Positions 57,805 to 64,000 of a stretch of DNA of 64,000 nucleotides are shown here, one piece after another. Source of the DNA: Alphaproteobacteria bacterium (GTDB taxonomy: Bacteria > Pseudomonadota > Alphaproteobacteria > CBDDJK01). How positions within the stretch are numbered: position 1 is the stretch's first letter; every line of letters begins with the position of its first letter. Location: positions 2,506,944-2,570,943 of the forward strand of contig OZ245892.1 in assembly GCA_965229605.1 (NCBI GenBank), in the 5' to 3' direction. Under the pieces are notes generated by a model. The model was not told the DNA's origin, ran no database searches, and worked only from the letters and a program-made list of their open reading frames with translations. A program made the position numbers and the translations under genes.

Positions 57805-59522
57805 GAATTCTGCAAATGCAGAACTTCATCCGCAATTCCAAGCATAGACTTTTTGTGAGTCACAATGCATATCGTCATTCGACCCTTTAATTCTGCAAAA
57901 GTGTTAATCAGCCTTTGTTCGGTTGAGTCATCAAGATTTGCGGTTGCTTCGTCTAAAATGAGCAATTTTGGTTGCCGTACCAAAGCACGAGCCAAGCTCA
58001 ACCTTTGCTTTTGCCCGGCGGATAGTCCCTCCCCTTGTTCGGTTACAGGGTGGTCAAGGCCATACGCCATTTCAAAGACAAAATGACACTCCGCCATTCT
58101 TAATGCCAGGATCAATTCATCATCACCATACTGATCAATACCATATACCAGATTTTCTCTGATTGTGCCGGATATCAAAAAGCTTTCAGGGCCAACATAA
58201 CCCACGTTTTCCAGCATCTGGTGCCGCAGGCGGGACAAAGGATAAACTGCTCCCCGATCATCCAGAATCTCGACTCGTCCTGATGTTGGCTGATTGAGAC
58301 CCAGTAAAAGACTAAGAACACTGCTTTTTCCTGATCCGCTTTTACCAATAAGAGCCAAAACTTTCCCTGGCTCAAGCCTTAAGTTGAAGTTAGACAAAAC
58401 TGGAGCGTCCAAAGAGTTATATTGTAAAGAAACATCAGAAAGTTTCCAACCTGTCGGCCTTGCAAAAATGTCTTTGGCAAAGCCGGGCGCAGATTCATTT
58501 TCTTTTTCGGCCTGTTCTATTTGTGCCTCTGGCTCTCTAATCTTATTTTGCTGCCACCATTTTTGGATAACCATAGCCCGGGGTCTGGTAAGTGAAAGGT
58601 AAGACCCAAGATTGGCCAGCTCACCAAGTGTGGTAACAAAACGAAGGAACAAATATAGATAGCTGACCAGCATGCCTGATTCTATTGTGATATGGGTGAA
58701 GGCCAGATGTGCAATCAGAGCAATAAGCCATATACCAGATAACGCAGGCATAATCCCTTTCAAGCCTGACATGATATAATAGCTGGAATAGGCACGTTGA
58801 TACCGACGTAAAGATGTAGTTGTTTTGGCTGTTTCTTCAGCTTCAGTTCCATAAATGTGTAAAAGAAGGCTGTTGCGAATGCCAGTCAGAAGACGACCCA
58901 GCGTCACTGCAATGTCTTTGTGCAGACTATCCGAATGGCGGCGTATGCGTTTATTTAGCAATCGTACAGGAATGAATAGAAACGCCAATGTCGCCAATGT
59001 AGCAATTGTCATTTTCACAGAAATACCAAACAAGGAAACCAGCACCAATCCGGACATTGTTAATCGAATGAATGCATTCAATACTGATGATATATAATTT
59101 GATGCACCTATTGCTTTATCATTGAAAAGGTCAGCAACCTCGCTTGATGCAGTTTTACGATTTTTAAGACTGTAGGAGATGATCCGGGCCCGAATTTCTG
59201 ACTCGCAATTAACCGAAACAATTCCCGTAACATAGGCTTGCAGCCATCCCAGCAAAAATCGCGTGCTGCCAATTACAAGAAAGCCAAAGAGGATCAAATT
59301 TCTATTGTCATAAGGAATGAGGTCGCCAAGAAATTGTGGCTTTTCACCCATCAGCCCCATTACAAAAAACAATGACTGGAGACTAGCCGCCAGTGCCAAC
59401 TCTGCACCAAATTGCAAAAAGCCGGCAAAAACTGAAAAAACTGCCAAAAAAACCGTTCTTCTATTAGCGAGATGATAAAAATCTCTGAAAAGCAAATAAT
59501 TTTCTATTAATTTATTTTTCAC
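57801..59522 (-). CDS. ABC exporter, fused permease/ATPase (MsbA/PglK-like glycan flippase)
   Basis: GKSGSGKS, LSAGQKQR, LILDEAT, VTH; N-terminal TMD; probable GTG start at 59522. Confidence 0.9.
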   Translation of the reverse strand: MKNKLIENYLLFRDFYHLANRRTVFLAVFSVFAGFLQFGAELALAASLQSLFFVMGLMGEKPQFLGDLIPYDNRNLILFGFLVIGSTRFLLGWLQAYVTGIVSVNCESEIRARIISYSLKNRKTASSEVADLFNDKAIGASNYISSVLNAFIRLTMSGLVLVSLFGISVKMTIATLATLAFLFIPVRLLNKRIRRHSDSLHKDIAVTLGRLLTGIRNSLLLHIYGTEAEETAKTTTSLRRYQRAYSSYYIMSGLKGIMPALSGIWLIALIAHLAFTHITIESGMLVSYLYLFLRFVTTLGELANLGSYLSLTRPRAMVIQKWWQQNKIREPEAQIEQAEKENESAPGFAKDIFARPTGWKLSDVSLQYNSLDAPVLSNFNLRLEPGKVLALIGKSGSGKSSVLSLLLGLNQPTSGRVEILDDRGAVYPLSRLRHQMLENVGYVGPESFLISGTIRENLVYGIDQYGDDELILALRMAECHFVFEMAYGLDHPVTEQGEGLSAGQKQRLSLARALVRQPKLLILDEATANLDDSTEQRLINTFAELKGRMTICIVTHKKSMLGIADEVLHLQNS

Positions 59523-60466
59523 GCATTTAACCCTGAATTTTCCATAACCTGAATAATCGTTTGCCAATCATCACGTTCACGAATCCGATGTACAGATTCG
59601 CGCATGCGTTCATTCTTTTCCTTCAATGACATTCTGCTTATCAAATCCAGAAGCGTCGGGGCTTCACCTTTATCTTTAAAGGTAAAAATAGTCGGAATTT
59701 CATCAATATTATAGGCCGCGCTTTCGTCTTCATGATCTCGTAAAGCGAAGCAACCACGTGATGCAGCTTCTATATCCTTGATCCAAAGTGCATTTCTTGG
59801 AACTGACACACCATCAATAATCCAGGGCTCATTCTCAATATGGATATAAATCTGAATATCATTCAAATGTTGTAGAAATTTTTTATAGGGAACTGAACTC
59901 ATGAAAGTTACCGGATGATTTTTGGATGCAAGATAGTCGAAGAATTCCTTTCGGTGCGGATGAAGGCTCCCCTGAAAGCCCAGCCCGATAGGCCGTTCTT
60001 CCCAGCTTTTATCTAAAGAGCAAAATGCCGGAAGCATTCCCATGCGTACAAATGACGATTTCAAACCTTTATCATTAATAAAATTTGACCACCACAAGGA
60101 TGTGTTTAGAAAACTAACAACATTCAATTCGCGGGAAATAGCTTCGTACGTTCCTTTATACGCCGCATCATCACGAAAATTTTCCCACGGGTCCTGCTCG
60201 TAAAGATAGAGCGGAAGATCACCAATAACCCGAACAAGAGCTGGTACAAGATGATGCAGGCTTCGCAACTTCAGAACACTTAGAATTCGGTGATATTTTT
60301 CCGGCTTTACGGCGCTGGAACGGGCAATCTGTGTTGCTGACATAATTTTGACACTATAGTACTGCTTCAGAGTAATCAGTAGCTGACTTTGATAGCAATT
60401 CTGCTTGAGATAACGAACATTGTCAGCCAGCAAAAGAAGGCGGGGCTTGCGTTTAAACAGACTCAT
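59519..60466 (-). CDS. Hypothetical glycosyltransferase-like protein (CgeB-like GT-B)
   Basis: GFQGSLHPHR, KDIEAASRGCF; likely start MSLFKRK at 60466. Confidence 0.55.
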   Translation of the reverse strand: MSLFKRKPRLLLLADNVRYLKQNCYQSQLLITLKQYYSVKIMSATQIARSSAVKPEKYHRILSVLKLRSLHHLVPALVRVIGDLPLYLYEQDPWENFRDDAAYKGTYEAISRELNVVSFLNTSLWWSNFINDKGLKSSFVRMGMLPAFCSLDKSWEERPIGLGFQGSLHPHRKEFFDYLASKNHPVTFMSSVPYKKFLQHLNDIQIYIHIENEPWIIDGVSVPRNALWIKDIEAASRGCFALRDHEDESAAYNIDEIPTIFTFKDKGEAPTLLDLISRMSLKEKNERMRESVHRIRERDDWQTIIQVMENSGLNA

Positions 60467-61334
60467 GGCAATCAATCTGGTTTGTATGAACAGAAAAGTC
60501 TTTTGGAAACTGTCCGCGTTCACGCGTGCTAAAGTAGCCAATTTTCTTGGTTTCTTTTTCAGAAATATAACTGCCGGCAGTCTTGTTCTGTTTCGGATCG
60601 TTGGCCATAGAATAGAAAATACCACCGTCCAATACACCTGTTTTCTGATAAAGTTCGTGGTGCAAAAGCATAAACTGATGTTCATTGACTTCTTCGGTTG
60701 CTTTCAGCTTCTGGAAAATCTTCTGCATTGCTTTCAGGCGGTTTAAAGCAGGGAGCTTGGCGTGAAAAGTCGACTCATAAATGCCTGTTTCCTGATCATA
60801 GGAGCCAAAACGTATAGGCTCTCTGGTTGCTCCATTATAGGCGGCTACCGCTGAACGAGCCTTATAAAAAGGCAAACGATGATTTTTTTTATGGTAACGC
60901 CAGCGCCAGCGAACGGAATATTCCTGTGTTCGTACACAGCCATGGTCTGGGTGGCGGTCTAAAAAATCTACACAGTCTGCCAGGCGATGTATATCATAGT
61001 GAATTAAATCTGACTCAATGATATAGATATAGTCCAAGCCTTTATTGAGTGGGCTGTCAGTATTATTCAACAGCCAGTCTATGGCTGCCCAATATCCAAT
61101 ATTGCGATCACACTGGCACAACTGACTGGCTATTGGCAGAAAACTCAGATGTCCTTTAAAAACCGAGTCATTGTCAAAAGTGATCAATTGATGTTCTTGA
61201 GAAACCGAAGCTAACTGCTCTGCCAAATTCTGCACAGTTCGCATTGCCAGGACCTCGCGTTCGTGGTCACGGCTACATGTTACCAGTACAAAGCCAACAC
61301 GCGCGAAGAGATCAGCAGTACCTGTTAAAGCCAT
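60453..61334 (-). CDS. Hypothetical GT-A-like protein
   Basis: FDNDS, NIGYWAA, YIYIIESD. Confidence 0.55.
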   Translation of the reverse strand: MALTGTADLFARVGFVLVTCSRDHEREVLAMRTVQNLAEQLASVSQEHQLITFDNDSVFKGHLSFLPIASQLCQCDRNIGYWAAIDWLLNNTDSPLNKGLDYIYIIESDLIHYDIHRLADCVDFLDRHPDHGCVRTQEYSVRWRWRYHKKNHRLPFYKARSAVAAYNGATREPIRFGSYDQETGIYESTFHAKLPALNRLKAMQKIFQKLKATEEVNEHQFMLLHHELYQKTGVLDGGIFYSMANDPKQNKTAGSYISEKETKKIGYFSTRERGQFPKDFSVHTNQIDCHESV

Positions 61335-61870
61335 TTTGAACCCTTGAGGTCTCTAAGCACATAGTTTTTCTGGACCTTGCGTTTTTTGATTTCCTGAGCA
61401 GGGTTGCCGCCAACAACTGTCCAGGCAGGTATGTCTTTAATAACAACGGCTCCTGCGGCGGCTACGGCGCCTTCGTGCATAGTAACTCCTGGCATTATGG
61501 TCACATTTGTCGCTACCCAGGCGCGATCGCAAATGATGATCGGTGCCGTTGTGGTCGAGGTAAAATCATCACCCTCAAGATCGTGCTGTTGCGAAATGAA
61601 ATAGCTATAACCAGATAAATTTACGTTATTTCCAATTTTTATTTTCCCGCGCGCCAAAAAAAGATTGCCTGGGCCAACAATGGTGTTATCGCCAATTTCA
61701 ACATTTTTAGGGTCATTAAATTTGTTTCCAGCCCAAATAATGCTGTCCTTGCCAATCGCTATACCGATCAGCTTACGATATATGCCCATTCGGAGCCTGT
61801 TGCTGAAAACAACATGTTTATTGAGGCGAACTGCGTAATGGCAAAGCCGATTGCTTAGTTTTCGTATCAT
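61325..61870 (-). CDS. Hexapeptide-repeat O-acetyltransferase (WcaF/LacA-like)
   Basis: IAIGKDS, VEIGDNT, IKIGNNV, GAVAAAGAVV, VVGGNPA. Confidence 0.9.
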   Translation of the reverse strand: MIRKLSNRLCHYAVRLNKHVVFSNRLRMGIYRKLIGIAIGKDSIIWAGNKFNDPKNVEIGDNTIVGPGNLFLARGKIKIGNNVNLSGYSYFISQQHDLEGDDFTSTTTAPIIICDRAWVATNVTIMPGVTMHEGAVAAAGAVVIKDIPAWTVVGGNPAQEIKKRKVQKNYVLRDLKGSKWL

Positions 61871-61909
61871 GATTTCTAAGGATTCAACATTTCACAAGTT
61901 GATAGCTGC

Positions 61910-62803
61910 TTAATCTTTTAAATCGTTCAAATAATCTTCAACCGCATTATAAAACGCACAGGATATATCGCTGTTGCGAAAGGCGTGTTGGTGGGATCCG
62001 CGTTGATGTGCCACTACAGGCCTACCCTCCCACTGGTATTCTTCATTATAGTCATTGCCGCTTTTGACAGCGATCGCTTCTTTTTGAGTTGGCTTTGCTT
62101 GAAAAAATGCAGCATAGGCCAGTTTATGATCCCGGATGAACATCGGCAATTTCCAGCCAACATCGCGTATAAGCTCTGATCCTACAGGCAAGTTATATAG
62201 TTCGGACATTTCCCGGTTTTCGATTTTAACGCGCTTCTCTTTAGCAGCGTCACAGCGAAAAGACGAAAAATCCACCCCGGGACCAACGGCTAACCACGTC
62301 ACATTGGGTAAATCTTTATAAGTCTGAACTTTACCACCTCCGGAACTGAAACCATCAATACCCTCATAAGTCGTACCAGCAAATGCCTTTTCTTTCATGA
62401 GACCGCGTAACCAGTTGTCCCAGCCAGATTTCAGCATCACAGTATCGGCATCAGCCAGAATATCAATTACATCCGGTTTCGTACTGGCACAAGCCGCATT
62501 CAACCCGCTCGCATGGCCGTTGGAGCCCGCCATCTTCATTTCAATTTTCAATGCCGCAGCGGCAGTTCGCACCCAGTCCTTCCATGTTGTTCGAGAAATA
62601 AAGCGGGGCATTTTCCAAACCTCAACAATATTTTCATATCCAACAATAGAAGAAACTTCCGCTTTAACGCCAGATGACAAAATATAGGCTCGAAAAATCA
62701 TTAAGTCTGGCCTCTTGGCCAAAGCACTATAATTATTTACCATATATTTAAAATAATCGACTGATTGATAATTAACAAACGAATGAATAACAATTTCAGT
62801 CAT
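61910..62803 (-). CDS. Hypothetical GT-A-like protein
   Basis: GSNGHASGL, ILADAD, RDVGW, HQRGS. Confidence 0.5.
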   Translation of the reverse strand: MTEIVIHSFVNYQSVDYFKYMVNNYSALAKRPDLMIFRAYILSSGVKAEVSSIVGYENIVEVWKMPRFISRTTWKDWVRTAAAALKIEMKMAGSNGHASGLNAACASTKPDVIDILADADTVMLKSGWDNWLRGLMKEKAFAGTTYEGIDGFSSGGGKVQTYKDLPNVTWLAVGPGVDFSSFRCDAAKEKRVKIENREMSELYNLPVGSELIRDVGWKLPMFIRDHKLAYAAFFQAKPTQKEAIAVKSGNDYNEEYQWEGRPVVAHQRGSHQHAFRNSDISCAFYNAVEDYLNDLKD

Positions 62804-63378
62804 TGCTCGTCTTTCGCATAACGATTCAGAGCATTATGTCTCCATTCGCAAGCAAGTATAGACAACCATACTAAATTCTGGAAACGTCCATCTCGATATA
62901 TAGCTTCCCGGCTATGGCCCTCTTCAACAAAACCAAGGTGCTTATACAGTTTCAGCGCAATGTCATTTGTTTCAAGTGTCGCAAGATAAATTCGGTGAAA
63001 GTTCTTTTGATTGAAGAAAAGATCCAGAAAATAATTATAGCTCTGCTTCGCATAGCCAAGGCCACGTTTGTTTTCAACAACATCTAAACCGACACAAACG
63101 CTTCTATTGTGCCTGTCTATATTATCCACACGAAACACACCGACTGAATTCCCACTCTCCATTTCATAAATAATATAGCGCTCCGATGAAGCAGAAAGGG
63201 AAATTGTTTCAAACCATCGCTCCTGTTGGCTCTCACTGACATGAGAAGGGTCAGATAATTTCATCAGGACACTGCTTTCATTATGCAGCAAGCGGGCAAA
63301 CTCAATATCCTCCCGCTCCATTATCCTGTATCCGAGCTTTGGTGCATTTTCAACCATTGACCAATCCATCCAGAACAT
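62800..63378 (-). CDS. GNAT N-acetyltransferase (PseH/RimL-like)
   Basis: QQERWF, RGLGYA, N..ALKLYKHLGFVEEG. Confidence 0.88.
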   Translation of the reverse strand: MFWMDWSMVENAPKLGYRIMEREDIEFARLLHNESSVLMKLSDPSHVSESQQERWFETISLSASSERYIIYEMESGNSVGVFRVDNIDRHNRSVCVGLDVVENKRGLGYAKQSYNYFLDLFFNQKNFHRIYLATLETNDIALKLYKHLGFVEEGHSREAIYRDGRFQNLVWLSILACEWRHNALNRYAKDEQ

Positions 63379-64000
63379 TAATTAACTGCATGTGTAGCAA
63401 GTGCATCTATAACAGATTTAACCTAATAGCGACAAGGCTTGGAAAATTGATTGGAAAAGCCTGAATTCAGCAGCCAGGAAGTATTTTAAGCATCAGCTCA
63501 ACAGTTTTGTGCAACTGTACAATTGCCCCGGTTCAGCCACTTAGAGCCTTTTTCAAAACTATCGGAAATGAGTTGAGATCGGGTCCATTATCTGGTTCAT
63601 CATTAAGTTCACAACACTTTACGAATGAGGTTCAGATGGTTTGGAAGCCCGACACTCGGTGCGAGTATGCACGTGATAGACGCCATTATGCAAACACAAC
63701 GACAGATAAGTAGTGGGTAGTGATTTTGCCATACCTTTCCCCCGACAAACCGACGGGAAGCCACCGCAAACACAGCCTGCGCCAGATCATCAAGTGCAAT
63801 CAGACAGCTTGAAGTATTACCAAAACGTTTTCTAAAACGTTGGATTGTCGAGCGAACACTTGCATGGCTCGGTATAAACCAGCTATTGTCAAAGGACTTT
63901 GAACGCCTTTCAAAAAACCGTCGAAACATTTATCCAAACGGCTATTATTAAACTAATGTCGAGAAGACTGCCACGTTGCCAATAGTTTTGAAACAGACTC

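Noticed and set aside
60467-60685. N-terminal extension of ORF 59519-60685
   Set aside because: Overlaps the upstream gene by more than 200 nt; the start at 60466 is more plausible
63400-64000. ORFs 63507-63713 and 63609-63929
   Set aside because: No recognisable motifs and all minus-strand frames stop near the window end; possibly degraded sequence

Overview
Chromosomal window of an alphaproteobacterium, most likely Rhodospirillales-like (inferred from addAB, the serC type, a double-OstA LptA, a DinG-type helicase and ROSE-controlled ibpA). Core genes are present but their usual operons are broken up: addB/addA, pobA, serC-serA, lptA, tRNA-Thr(GGT), sodB, uppP, a TRAP substrate-binding protein, fabI, cysE, ibpA, a nicotinate phosphoribosyltransferase, proB and pxpA. 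Accessory blocks: a HigBA-type toxin-antitoxin pair; an islet behind tRNA-Thr (10.7-16.6 kb); a small AT-rich sugar-modification islet (18.6-22.1 kb); a COG2958/HrgA-like nuclease gene; and a ~20 kb AT-rich surface-glycan locus (44-63.4 kb). Strongest unexplained signals: (1) a C4/CI-type antisense-RNA switch architecture at 15459-15659 with no antirepressor gene, followed by a signal-peptide PD-(D/E)xK-like protein; (2) a 36-unit NNC-GCT hexamer array encoding an (X-Ala)n tract in a membrane protein; (3) a 376-aa acidic protein with a four-fold WE...GxP repeat behind a sigma54 promoter; (4) a 37-bp palindrome abutting the start codon of an AAA+/DUF4143 gene; (5) many short tandem duplications in core genes. 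All calls come from motif recognition by eye; no database searches were run.
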